A stretch of 64,000 nucleotides of DNA from the NCBI GenBank assembly GCA_964234715.1, contig OZ174277.1, one strand, 5' to 3'. Shown one piece after another: positions 38,803 to 51,577 of this stretch; positions within the stretch are counted from its first letter, which is position 1, and each line of letters starts with the position of its first letter. The notes beneath the pieces are model-generated. The model worked only from the letters and a program-made list of their open reading frames with translations, did not search any database and was not told where the DNA came from. The DNA comes from Podarcis melisellensis (lineage: Eukaryota). The position numbers and the translations under genes were made by a program.

Positions 38803-39769
38803 ATCCCGATGATCTCTCACTGCACAAGTGGCAGCTACTGGAAGCCACTGTTCCACCTTTGGGTGTGCCATTTCCTGCCCTCCACTCTGGGGATTCCTCA
38901 AACAGGTACTTTTTGTATTTGTCCCTGGCAGGTAAATGGAAACATGGCACTTGCGCCTCCCCCCAGGTCTCGCCTGAACTTTCAGGCTCAGGAGACGCAA
39001 GCTGCCTTTGCAGGCTGCCGGGTGTCAGGATGCTGCCAGCGGCTCTCGGCTGGTTGCCCAGTTAAGTATGAGGACAAGGGAAAGTTTCTTCCAGTCCGTC
39101 TTACAGGGAGAGGCTATAGAACCCAGCAGCTTGGATAATGGCAGTGTCCCAAGTGAATCTCCAGCCCCCTTCTCTCCCACTTCCTCATTTGTCATACTTC
39201 ATCATCATCTCTATGGATGTCGCTTAGTGCCCTCTGTCTTCGAGCTCTTTGCTCTCCTACTTTGAAGGCTCGCCAGGTTCTGGGAGATAATAGGTCTGGG
39301 ATGCTTTCTAATGATAACGTGTCAGCCAGCTGCTGCTCTGGCTCTCACATTTTTTCCCAACTTTCCCCCTCATCTGCCTCTGAGCTGCAACCTCCCACAA
39401 ACCACCGTTGTACAACTATACTGTCTTCCTCCTCCTCCTCCTGGAAGGGTCTGGATGGGGTGGTGGTCTCCACCATTCCTCCTCCTCTGCCCAGTCCCTG
39501 ACACTGGGTGGGCATTGTGGCGCTCTGGGGATTCTCAATACATTGATCAGAAATCCTAAAATCGCTCTCACGCCTAGTAGTGGGAAGGACTCCTAGCTAT
39601 TATGAATAAAAGAATGCTCCTCTTACTGCAGGGGTGGGCAACTTCCAGCCCACAGGGCTAATCAGGCCCAACATAGGGCTCTGTTTAGCCTGCTAGGCTG
39701 TTTTCCCAAAACCATGCCCACGTGTCCCACACCTGACATCATATGCAGTGTCATGTGTGGGGCATTTTG

Positions 39770-40357
39770 AGGGCTAGTTGAGTCAGGACGAGGATGATCC
39801 CGTGGAGGGCTTCAGTGAGTTTGATGGGGGGCTCTGCCAGAGGGAATCTCCTAGCAGAAATCCAGAGTGGAGGCTTGCTATCCTGTTTCCCTGTCACCAT
39901 CAATCCCATAGTGAGCTCACTTGCCCCAGCCAATTCCACTGGATCCTCTTGCTTGGAGGAACCACTCATGAGTGAGCACGTTCCGTTATAGCCAGAGGTT
40001 GGCAGCAATCTACAATCTCTTTGCAGGAGTTTGAGACACACCCATCTCCCAAGTCCAGGAGAAGAGAAGAGAGTGCCTGCAGAAATGCCCCCTACCCAGC
40101 CCCTTCAGTATTTAAGGCAGAAAGGGAGGGAGCCAAGGGTTGGATCAACTTTCCATGGCTCTGAGCTAGCTAGGAAACCTACATTGTTTAGCAGAGGGAT
40201 TACCAATGCCTGAATTTCAAAGTAACAACTCAGGGATTAGCAGCATGTATCGCCTGAAGTGCCTGAAGTACTTACATATTGTAGTATTATAACAATTATA
40301 ATCTTTAGAAAGAATTCTGCACCTAATCTCAGTTCTTTGGAAGCTGGGACCCAGGAC
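39770..40357 (+). mobile_element. Possible Gypsy-type solo LTR inside a hAT-like MITE that starts at ~39628
   Basis: tatttaagg TATA-like box, ends ...acccaggaca; host begins caggggtgggcaac; boundaries approximate. Confidence 0.45.
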
Positions 40358-41249
40358 AGGTGGGTTGAGACTTAAAAGTGTGTTTCCAGTTGTTCATTGG
40401 CAAGGGAGGAAGTCTGTCATAGCTGATCAGCTGATTGACAGAGCAAGCCTACTGAATCAGTTGCTCTGCAGAGTTCCCCACGGAGAGCTCCTTAGCGCAG
40501 CCAATCCCTGCAGAAAGTAGGGCTTGAAGTCACTGCCTATCAGCTGATAGGTGGTAACTTCATTCCTCACTTGACTCTGATTTTCTGTAATACAAACAAA
40601 TTGATTAGTCATCTGATATCGCAGTAGCCTGTTTGGCTAGGGTCCAGCCTGCCAGCCTGTTTTCCTCAGCACTCCAAGGGTGGTCAGAGAGAGGTTTCCA
40701 TGGGCAATGGATTCCACAAGATTAGAACATCTGTAGAGGAGGCCCTGCTGCACCATCCCAATAAGGGCAGCTGTGAGTTTGCATTGGTGAGGGGGCTGCC
40801 TACTTTTTTATATATGACTTCTCCCACCGCTTACTAGTCCCCAAATCAACAGCCTTGTATAAAAATTATTTTTATCGAAGTACTCATCAATTTAAGCATG
40901 TGAACGAGATTTGAATATGCAAAATGTAAGACTAAAACATCAAGGAATAATTATTAATATAAGAAAAGATCAACTAACTATAAGTACAGAATTGACAGCA
41001 TCTTCAAAAGGTGCATAGCTTTTGATTTTCAGGTATTGAAATGCAGTACAATATTTCTGGAGAACATTCAGTAGCCCTTGTAAGTTCATATGGGCCTGTC
41101 TTACTCATAGTGCACCATAAACTGCCCAACAGTTAAAAAAAAAGTATTTCATTGTTCAGAATTCTAGAGGGTAGAACTGTCCACAGATAAGATCCAATCT
41201 ATTTATAAGATGCTTGTGTTATCACCAAATTACAGTTGTGAGTGGAAGC

Positions 41250-42075
41250 TCAATCGAGCTAAGACTGTTAGTAGGCGATTCCCTAGACCAGATGAAGAGA
41301 AGGTTCTCAGATCTTGATGGGGTTATACTCCATCTGAAGGAGCAGGTACATAGCTTGGGGGTACTTCTGGATCCACTGATGTCACTTGAGGCTCAGGCGG
41401 CTTCAGTGATGCAGAGTGCCTTACTTCAGCTTCAGCTGGTGACCCAGCTGCACCCTGTCTGGACCAGGATAACCCTACTTCTGTTGTCTATGTTCTGATT
41501 AGATCACTGCAAAGTGTTATACATGGGGCTGCCTCTGAATACAGTTCAGAAACTTCAGCTGGTGCAGGTTCAGCTGCCAGGTTGCTCACCGGAACAAGAC
41601 ATATAACGCCAGTCCTGGTGCAACTGCACTGGCTGCCCATTAGTTTCTGGGTTCAATTCAGAGTGCTGGTTTGGACCTATAAAGCCTTAAATGGCTCAGG
41701 ACGACCATAATACCTCATAGACCACCTCTTCTCATATGAACTGACCTGGACACCGCAATTATCATCTGAGGCCCTTCTTCATATGCCTCCTCCATGAGAG
41801 GTCCAGAGGGTGACAACACAAGAACGAACCTTTTCTGCAGTGGCTCCCCATTTGTGGCATGCTCTCTCCAGGGAGGCCTTCATTGCATATCTTTAGGCAT
41901 TAGGTGAAAACATTCCTCTTTCCCCAGGCCTTTGGCTAATTAAACAATCTATGGCCTTTTTGACTAAGGAGGGGGGTTGTTGTTTTGTTTGTTACTATGT
42001 TATGTATTTTAGTGTTTTTATACTGTAAAACTGTGATTCTCGGCTAAAGACAGTATATGAATTTATTTATTTATT
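41250..42075 (+). mobile_element. L2-clade LINE 3' fragment (decayed ORF2 C-terminus)
   Basis: LDGVILHLKEQVHSLGVLLDPLMSLEAQ; downstream KLQLVQ and LHWLP motifs. Confidence 0.88.
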
Positions 42076-42728
42076 TAAATTATGATTTGCATAATTGCAC
42101 TGTTCTTATATTGCATACATTTAAGCTCTGATTGAATAGTCATACACTTTCCTTTTTGCATTTCATTGCTATTAAACTCAAACATTTACACCTCCCCCCT
42201 TACACCAATGTGTAAATGAACTGAGGGCTACACTTCCTGAATCCAATCTAGTGAACTTTAGTCCATGAAATTTGTTGATCCTTAAGGTGCCAGATAAAGC
42301 CTTGTATCACTGATAAATAAACAGAAAAGCTGGAGAGCAAATATTTAAAGGTGCAGGTTTTTAAAGAAAGAACTCCCCTACTTTTCTTTTCAGTAGGTAA
42401 TGACCAGTTTTCAGTAACCTTTAGTCAGTGTTTGTAAGTGATCCTCAGGTCAGAGTATTGGGCCTTTGTGTCTGTGGAAGTGTGTGTGTTGGTCATGGCA
42501 TGAAGGTCCTTACAGAATCTCATGAAGTCAGTGCTTCCTCTCTTAGAAATTCACCAAGAATGAACCAACCTTACAGATGCCTTGGAGACAAATCCCTGAG
42601 TAGTTGTTGCTGATAATGTAATATGAAAAAAGCTGGTGTGGGCATAGATACAAAAGAGGGTGTGAAGGGATTACACAATAATATTCATGCTTTGGGATAG
42701 TGGATGCCATAGCATTTAAAGGTCTGGT

Positions 42729-42985
42729 CGGGGTGAGTTCCCGTTGCTCGGTCCCAGCTCCTGCCAACCTAGCAGTTCGAAAGCACGTCAGAATGCAAGT
42801 AGATAAATAGGTACCGCTCCAGCGGGAAGGTAAACAGCATTTCCAAGCACTGCTCTGGTTCGCCAGAAGCAGCTTAGTCATGCTGGCCACATGACCCGGA
42901 AGCTGTACGCCGGCTCCCTCGGCCGCAACCCCAGAGTCGGTCACGACTGGACCTAATGGTCAGAGGTCCCTTTAGCTTTACCTTT
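42729..42985 (+). mobile_element. 5'-truncated Sauria SINE
   Basis: ctcctgccaacctagcagttcgaaagcacg...ccctttagctttacc. Confidence 0.9.
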
Positions 42986-43071
42986 TCTTCATTGCTCTAT
43001 TCATATAATTTATTTGATTGTTTTTTTACCTACTATTCATTTCAAGGTGATTATATTTGAGTACTTTAAAA

Positions 43072-43203
43072 TAAGGTTACCAGATTTTTTCAATGAATCC
43101 AGGGACACTTTTCAACTTCAGTCAAATTCAGTGGATTTTGTTTGGGGACCGCTTTGTAAATCCAGGGACTGTCCCCGGGAAATGGGGACGTCTGGTAACC
43201 TTA
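43072..43203. mobile_element. 132-bp hAT MITE
   Basis: TIR taaggttaccaga/tctggtaacctta; perfect 8-bp TSD ctttaaaa. Confidence 0.95.
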
Positions 43204-44989
43204 CTTTAAAATGTAAACCAAGTCTTCCTTTTTAAGATATTGATCAGATTTATTCTGCACTTTTTTTCTGTGCAGGTTTTTTTAAACCCTGTGTTCCCAA
43301 ATGCTAGCACATTTCACATATATAAGCACACTAAAATGACAGCAAATACAATAAAATACATTGCCATAGATGCAGACATGACAGATTAAAAAAACAAAAA
43401 CCAACCCTTCAAATGAAAACAAGAAGCTGACAGTATAAAAGAAAATTATCAACTGATAGAAAGCAGCAACAGACTTTCACTGGTCTATTTTAATAATTTG
43501 TAAATCTCTTTGAGAGGTTTTTTTTACAATCAAGAGGTACATACATTTTATACTTAATGTCATACGATAGTTGTTCTAATTGATTAGAGCAAAATGGTAG
43601 ATTTGAAAATTTTGTTGGAAAAGCAAATGTATAGCTTTTATGTCCTCCTGACTGTTTTTGGGCATGTGTGTCTGGAGTCCTGAGATGGAATTCGTGTAAG
43701 AGAAAGAGCCGTAAGTCCTGAAGTTAGGCTATTTGTGCAAAGTGCTCTTTTTTTCACAATTCCAGTCACCAAAGTTCCCATTTGAGTGCTGTAAGTGTTT
43801 CTGACAGGAGACAAGAAAGATAAAGCCCTTTCTATAATCTGAGTTTCTGTTTGAGGTTTGTGTTGGTATGCTGTGATGAGGTCACAGTTAGTCTGAAGCC
43901 TATGAGTAGGTGTTCTGCAGGACGCAATGAGTTTTCTCCTCCATTGATTACGGGGAAAGTTTTGAAATATCTCTGAAGTCTGTGTTACGTTACTTTGGTG
44001 TTGGAGGCAGGTTTGGGATCTGAGGGACTCTCGGATTTTTTGTGTATCTGCTCCTGCCTGTTACAACCATGACACTCCCATGATTCTGCCCCCGATTTGA
44101 TTACTACACCAGCAGAGTTCCATACATCAGTGTAGTGCTGTTCTAGTATAACCATGAAGATTCCCTGCTGTATCGCCACTAGTGGAAGTGTATGTGGGTT
44201 ATGTCAGTGTAGAAGTGTAGGAAATGCCCATATCCTATGACTCACCTAGGAGGCATAGATCGAGAATAGGATTTAATTCTTAATGTGTGATTTCTGCACT
44301 GGTTGCAGAAGTAGTTAAAGGGCAACCTTTTCCCTTCACCACTCCTTCAGTTATATTAATGAATGGAGAGGTGGTTAAAATTGTTTTAAAGTTGTATCCG
44401 TAGAACTGGAAGATGATAGATTTCCAGATGAATTTATTGTACAATATTTAATATGATAAAGTACCCCAGAGAGAAGTATAAGGTGGGAAGCATGGAGACA
44501 AAGCTTTGAATTTAAAATTGGAGCTTAATAATCCTGTGTTGAGGTAGTGTGTCCCTACTCCCTCTCTAAACAGGTAGAGCTCCAAAGGAGCCAAGGACAT
44601 GTTCCATTGCAGGTCAAGTTCATCTGAGAGTTTGCCATAAAAGATTAGACCAGAGAAACACCATAAATGAGGAAAATAGTTCCCCTTGAAACTGACAATT
44701 TATTGTTAAGCAGTTTGTTTGTTTAGTAACCCACAGTTCTTCTCTGTGTGTATACAGTTGCCTGATTCAGAGACTTACTGTGTACCAGGATTCAATTAAA
44801 ATAAGAGCAAATGAGTTTCAGAGGAAATTAAGTGCATTGTATTAATATATGTATTTCTGCCAGATTTCAAAGCCCCCCCCCAACCTTAGGTTTCTGCTGA
44901 AGGAGGAGAAGCACTAAATGGGACGCAGTTCATTATGTACCAAAACATTTATTTATAATTTGTTCTTTCTTTGTTCTCTCAAAACAATG

Positions 44990-45210
44990 ATTCTAATATT
45001 CTCAATCTTTTTTCACAGAAGTCTCTCCATATCTCTTATCATTTTCATCATGCGTCTCTGGATCATCCTATTTTTCCTACTATATGTCTGTTTTAAGATG
45101 GGGTGACCAGCCTTGCCTGCAATATTCAAGATGAGGGAAATCCCTTTGGTCTATGTGATGGCACGCTGGCCCTTTCAGTATTTCTTTCCATCTCATTCAT
45201 TGTGCATGCA
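44990..45210 (-). mobile_element. Old CR1-like fragment
   Basis: taagatggggtgaccag...caatattcaagatgagg resembles the antisense CR1 post-RT motif. Confidence 0.45.
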
Positions 45211-47368
45211 CTCATTTTGCTTGTGTAGCTGTTGGTTGAATGGAGAAGTATTAAAGAAAGTTGTATGAAAAAGAGAGCTTGTGAAGGTTTATTTTTATCA
45301 CAGGCAAAATATGTTAATCGTTAAGGTTGTCATCATAAACTCTAATATTGTATCTAAGCAAATAATATAATTTGGTTATACATCTGTTTTCTCAAATCCA
45401 AAACCTTACACCCAGCTCCTTGAAGTGTATGATACTGACTTCGGTGGTACTGAGGGGTGTGTGTGTTTGTGTAATGAGACTTATTTAATAAATCTAATGT
45501 GCTAAAACTTCTTGAGAGAGTTGTAATCCCTTTTCTTGGAGGTGCTTCTTTGCTGATGCCAGTTTCTTTATTGTTGTTGTTGTTGCTGCTGCTGCTGTTC
45601 CTGTAGGTCTGGCCCCCTTACTCAAGGCAACTAAGTGTTAGCTGTGAGAAATCCCCAGTACATGTTGGTTCTCAAATTCCAAGACTGCAGAGGGTCAGGT
45701 AGTTCATTGTCAAAATATACGTAGTATCTTGGTTAACTCTTTCAGAAAAAAAGAAAGGGGGGTAGTAGCTTGTAGAACAAAAGAAAACATTGTGACCTCC
45801 CATATATAATGTTTTGCCCTTGTCCTTATCATTTTTTCATCTTAACTTTTACCTTCCTTTGAACTCCCTTAATGTTTGAAGACAGCTCAACCAGGTTGTC
45901 AGCAAAATTAAATGATTGACAGGTAGTCTTGAATCTTCTATTCCAAGCGGAATACCATTCTTTTTCCACCTTTGTCTTCAGTAGAACACGTCTCTTTTGT
46001 TTGTTTTGACATCACCTTAAGCTTTAATTTGGTCCGTGTTTTTTGTGTTTGATGGGTGCTGACGTGAGAACCCCTCAAAGGTGCTTTCACTTTGCAACCT
46101 AGTTGTTTTAGTTTCTCCTTTCATTTATTTATCTAGATCAACATCTTCTCCCTGCAATAAACAACAGCAGTCCCCTTTGTAGAGCAGTTAATGAATTAGA
46201 TTGGGCTGGAATTTGTTTCAGTGCCTCTCTCCTTCCTCCTGTTTCCAAAAGTCCAGATATATCATTACCAAACTTCACTCTTTAACTTACTTTTTTCTGT
46301 CAAAGGCTTGTTCCTATATAGTGTTTTTTTTAAGCCTGTAAGGGCAAGAAGAGATTGGAAATGCATTAATATTCTAAAAAATGTGTTTGTTAAGAGTATT
46401 CATATTCCGCCTTTCTAGCTCAAAAATTAAACTACTCAAGACAACCTACAGCAAGAAATTGCTAAAATAGCACATATAGCGGATAAAATCAGTATAGACC
46501 TAAAAAAATTATACAAATGGAGAGACCAGCAGGAAAATATCCAGTCTGGAGGACAAAGGCTGTCTAAATAAAAACATATGCTGCAGGAGGCAATATGTCA
46601 ACACACATTTTTAGAACAGTAAGGATTGTTCAAATTCTATTATTATTTTTAAGTGAATGAAACTAGGGCTTCAAAATGATACTAATTGGACTGAAGGCTC
46701 TACCGAGAACAATGAGATTTGATTGAGAGTGCTCTGCTTGTGTTAAAACTATACTTGCTTCTGGAGAGAATTTGGTCTGGAGGTGTAGGATTAGATCCAT
46801 AGATGTCTTTCCGTGAATGCAAGGCTCTTCAGTCAAGCAGAGGCTACTGCAAATAGAGGAAGGGGTGTGCTTTTGGATGATTTTGCATTCCCTCCCCATG
46901 TTATCCTCCACACTGTTCCAGTGTATCCCCCCCCCAACCTCTGGAGCAGATTGGGTGGGTGGACTGGAGGACAGGATAATTATGTGATCATTGCCTCCTC
47001 CCTACAATGGTAAAAGCCCTCTGTGGATCAAATAGTTCTCTGCAAGTTGAAGGAGAACTTTGGGTCTATTGCATACCAGATGCAGTTTATATCTTCTAAT
47101 AAAATTCAAGCTAGTTGAGTTATTTTCATATGTTCGACAGTGATATTTTGAGCTTACAGTATATTCAGTCCACGTCACTCTTCTGAATACAGTTTACACT
47201 AGCAATACAGTATTACATAACTCTGTACTGAACATGTGCAAATTCATTCAGATGTACAAAAAACGAGACTTGATTGATGGTATCCAAGGAATTTGAAGCA
47301 GGAGATTTTTAATGGTTTTTAAAATGCTAAACAGCATATGCATTTTCCCCTCTAACAACCTGAGTTTA

Positions 47369-49379
47369 TTTTTTTTTTTTAAATAATTTTTATTAAGATT
47401 TTCCAAATTAAAACAAATAACATCCAATTCATAAACTTTTTTCCAATATCCAGGACTTCCCCTCCCCACCCCCTCTTGTGTTCCAAATCTTCCAAAAAGA
47501 CAATAAATTTCAACAAATTCTTATTCCCAAAATACACTCATCCTCATTAACTTAATTTATCCAAATTTCCATCCCCTAAGGTCGATCTATTCCCTTCCAC
47601 GAGTTCCCCCCTTTCAAATATAATACTAATAATAATAAAATAAAAACAAATAATAGTTTTACAACCTTTGGATTCCAAATTTCCCTCCCCTCGTTCCCTG
47701 TTGCATTCCTCCTATCCCTCCACTTCTAACCTCTTCCTGAAGATCCCACATTTCAATAAATCCACATCCCTCTGGTCCTTTACCGGCCTTTTTAAATTGC
47801 ACGTGTCCAATCATAAAAGGGGTCTATCAATAAAAAGGGGGCCCATTTCTTCTATCCAGATTTTTATAACCAGGAGTAAAAACCCCAAATTTATATCCAT
47901 AAGCTTGTCAAATCTGGATATCCCAAATGTTCCCACCCCAATTCTGTCCTATTCTTATTATTTCCTTGTTCTTGCCAGTCCAATCTTAAAAGGAGTCTGT
48001 CAAAAAAGGGGCCCATTTCCTCTATCCAGACTTTTATAACCAGGAGTAATAACTCCAAATTTATATCCCTAAGCTTGTCAAATCTGGATATCCCAAATAT
48101 TCCCACCGCAGTTCTGTCCCATTCTTGTTGTTTCCTTGTTCTTGTCAGTCCAGTCTTAGGAGGAGTCTATCAAAAAGGGGCCCATTTCTTCTATCCAGAT
48201 TTTTGTAACCAGGAGTAAAAACTCCAAATTTATAACCATAAGCTTGTCAAATCTGGATATCCCAAATGTTCCCACCCCAACTCTGTCCCATTCTTGTTGC
48301 TTCCTTGTTCTTGTCAATCATTCTCTTCCTTTTTACTTCCCTGTTCCCTCACAGAAATGTTCTTTTTCCAAAAGCTTCTAGTGTCTCTACAGAGGCTTGT
48401 TGTTCAAAAGCAGAACATTGCATCATGTTCCTTTCAGTTTTGAACAGATAGATCCATTGTTCCCGGTAGGGTGAAACCCTCTGTAGACAAAATAATGCTC
48501 CATTTCTGCAGTTTCCCAGGAGATTAAAAGTTCCCTTCAACTGTTCATGTTTCCCGTCGAAAGCACATGCAATATCCCTCAGCTCCTCTAGATGGATTAC
48601 AGTAACAATGTTCCCTTCCGGATCACGTCCACCAGTCCAAGTAACTTGTAAATCCTTATTTGAAACAATTTATCTTCAATTTATAGCAAATGTAGCCGGC
48701 AAAGTCCTCATAACAAAGTCTCAGTTTTATTATTCCGTTTTGACAGCTCTTGACAGCTGTCAAAACCTCCGTTTCTCTTCTCCAGGCACTTTCACGGATC
48801 GCTCCAGGGGTTCGGGGGGGGTTGCTTTTTGATACAAATTCCACTTTTCTCCTCCAGCTCAATCTTATAATTTTCCCTCGCGAAGTTGTTAGTTCAGCAA
48901 GATAAGGTTCCACTCGATCTTAGTTATCCAGTCCTTTGTTTTGACTCTTCTACAATTTAGGGGGGGGCTGACTTCCTTTTTTCCACCTCCCCCGTTCGCT
49001 CCCAATTTTTTAAAAAATTTAGCTCTCTTTTTAATCCATATTCCAATTACTCACGGGTTCTTCTTTTAGGTCCAAATTTTCAATAGAAGAAGTCAGCGCT
49101 CTCCGCCGGATGGCTCGCGGCTGCGCTCGGCAGGGATAGCAGAGGACTCAAAGCACCACGCTCCTCCCCGGCACCCGATCCACAGCCTTTAAAAAGGCTC
49201 TTCACGAGTCGGGAGGGCGCTAACGGTGCCAGCCGAGTCTCCATGTCCACGGCCTCCGTGGCCGTGGTTTTTACGGGTCCCCGCATCGCCGGTGCGGTAG
49301 GACCCAGCCCCTGCCGAGCAGGCTCCCTCCGGAGCTCGGAGGGAGCCCGCCATTCGGCGATGGCGCCGACCCGGAAGTC
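47369..49379 (-). mobile_element. Complete ~2.0-kb non-autonomous L1-like retroelement
   Basis: 5' GACTTCCGG, CpG-rich leader, AATAAA plus poly(A) (T-run at 47369), perfect 16-bp TSD taacaacctgagttta at 47353-47368 and 49380-49395. Confidence 0.9.
47813..48317. repeat. ~170-bp tandem repeat, about 3 copies, inside the retroelement
   Basis: gcccattt recurs at 47841, 48011 and 48180. Confidence 0.93.
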
Positions 49380-49544
49380 TAACAACCTGAGTTTAAACAG
49401 AATTAGATGTGAACTTGTGGGAACATGATGGTAGTCATTGTTATTGGCATCTGTCTGTCTCAGGACGCCATGGAGGAGTGTTTGATGTGAAGTCAAACAA
49501 TTGGAGAGTTAAAGGCTGTAGAGACCGATAAGGAAGAAACATGT

Positions 49545-49825
49545 TTTGTTGCAGATGAAGGCACCATGGCATGTCTTATTTCTGCACTCCTCCCAGGGGT
49601 CATTCCTCCTCTGGTCACTGCTATGGATACGTGGCCTGACGGACTGCCTGTCTTCAGGCACTGCAGTTATATTCAAGTGATTCCCACACGGTGGGGTTGA
49701 TGTTTCCAGCCGTCATGTCTCGTTTGTGGACATCTTTATAACACAGAGTTGGTCTGCCAACTCCCTGTAGAGCACATCCTTGGGGATCCTGCCATCTTCC
49801 ATTCTGTGGACATGTCCAAGCCATA
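49545..49825 (-). mobile_element. RTE-clade (non-BovB) LINE 3' fragment
   Basis: VGRPTLCYKDVHKRDMTAGNINPTVWESL resembles the RTE C-terminal GRP..RYKD..KRD motif. Confidence 0.75.
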
Positions 49826-50885
49826 GAAACAAACAACAAAATAAATATGAGATTAGGTACCCTAATCAATAATACTTGAGGGAAACATCAGGCTCTTCGA
49901 TCAACGTAATCACCAAACTTAGCAGTTTTCTCTTTTCTCTTTCTCCTGTAATTGGTAAGAAAAAAGCAGGAAGGCTGCTAACAATCATACTCCATGCCAG
50001 AGTAAAACCACATCTTCCTTGACAAACCATTAAACTGTAGCTATCAAAGAGGAGGGCCTACAGGTAACCTCAAAAAATCATTCTAATTTTTCCTAGGTTC
50101 AATACATTAGCCCACCCAATAAAAATATAAACTAATGGAACATTAAGCCAGAAAGGGTTTTGTGCGCGTGTACTTGTTTGTGTGTATGTTTATTGTGTAT
50201 GTAACAGGTGCAGTGTGATCCTACACATGTCTACTCATAAGTAAGTTCCAGTTCAGTGAGGCATTCCATATTAAGCAGGTTTAGGATTCTACCATTTAGG
50301 ATTCTACCCTTAAGCTACACTCAGGATTAAGCCTCACTGGACAGGTTTCTGAATAGACATGTATAATATTGCACTATAAGTTATCATATTACAGTACATT
50401 TCCATTCAGTCTTCCATTATTATGTAACTAAAAGAGATCCTTGACATATTAAATTATATATATATTGAAACTTCACTCTTCAGACAAAACTAAGGTTCTT
50501 TAATTAATAATCAATATGAATTTTAATCTGTTTGGTATTTTAACTATGTTTTAAGCAATTGTTGTTTCCCCCCTTGATTTTCTTGTTTTATTTTTTTGTA
50601 AACAGCTGTGAGATTTTTTTTAAACAATCAAGTGGTATAGAAATGGTGGCTGCAGATTGCTTAGTTCTGGATATTCTGTTAGCAGTAGGCATGCTTTCGC
50701 TCTTCAGGGTCTAGGGGCTTTATGGTTTGTTTTTGGAGTGGTGGTGAACTAGCAACACAATCAGTGAGGCCGTGGCTTTGTTGTTTCCAAAGTTAAATGA
50801 GTTTTGAATCACTTGTGAAAACAATTGCCTTCTAAAATTTATGTTGAAAATGCAAATAAATTCATTTCCCTTTTTTTTTAATTAG

Positions 50886-51063
50886 ATCAAATCCATTTTA
50901 TGAACCAAAATCAAGTTCTGCTTTTAATAGTCAAGTTCCTCCGCCACAAGAAATGGAAAGGAAGAGAAGAAGAAAAGCTCCTGAACCACCAAAGACAGGA
51001 GTGGAAACAAGTGAGAAGAAGTCAGCTATTTGTCCACTGAAGGAACTTTCCTCTTCTCCCAAG
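50886..51063 (+). CDS. EHBP1: EHBP1 coding exon (178 nt) with NPF motif 5: SNPFYEPKSSSAFNSQVPPPQEMERKRRRKAPEPPKTGVETSEKKSAICPLKELSSSPK
   Basis: tttttttttaattag| acceptor and AAG|gtatgg donor; GA+A = Glu joins the previous exon; ends in phase 0. Confidence 0.95.
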
Positions 51064-51142
51064 GTATGGAACTGCCATGTCACCAGTGTTTGTAAATGCT
51101 TACTAAAAACTGAAATTCCTCTTGTATTTCGCACATGGTATC

Positions 51143-51577
51143 TGTCAGGTGTGGGGGTGGTTGCTCGCAAGTAACCAGGCAGGACTCCAACCTGTCTTTT
51201 ACAGGTTTTATTGGTGCAAACTATTTACAGTGTAAAACCCCAAAGTTCATGTCCGTCTTAGTCGCTTGCAGATTCCAGGAGTGGCCCCTTCCAGTTTCTT
51301 CCCCAACGTAAGAATTTAGAAACCCCAAATCTCCGCCTCCCCTCTGCGCAAGCTGGGTGATGGAAACGGCATGTCTGTTTCCTGGCCAGCCGGGCTAGGT
51401 GAGGCGCTTGGGCTCTCAGTAGCATCTTTGAGCCCTCCCCTTGCCCGGCTACCCCCTTCCCCCTCTGCTTCACTGGAGGTGTGGCTTTCCCCATCGAGAG
51501 GCTCTCTGTATTCCCCTGCCCCCCTCCCCTGTTCCGATGGCAGTACTGACAGTATCCTTCTCTGATGTCCCCTGACA
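51143..51577 (-). mobile_element. Solo LTR (435 bp)
   Basis: TGTCAGG...CCTGACA termini; 5-bp TSD gtatc; AATAAA on the minus strand. Confidence 0.88.

Noticed and set aside
38820-39580. Cluster of GC-rich ORFs (38650-39596)
   Set aside because: Appears to be the interior of a host repeat split by the 36622 element; no recognisable domain or splice pattern
40425-40445. Additional TGATTGACAG motifs (also at ~20598)
   Set aside because: Both lie inside transposon-derived sequence
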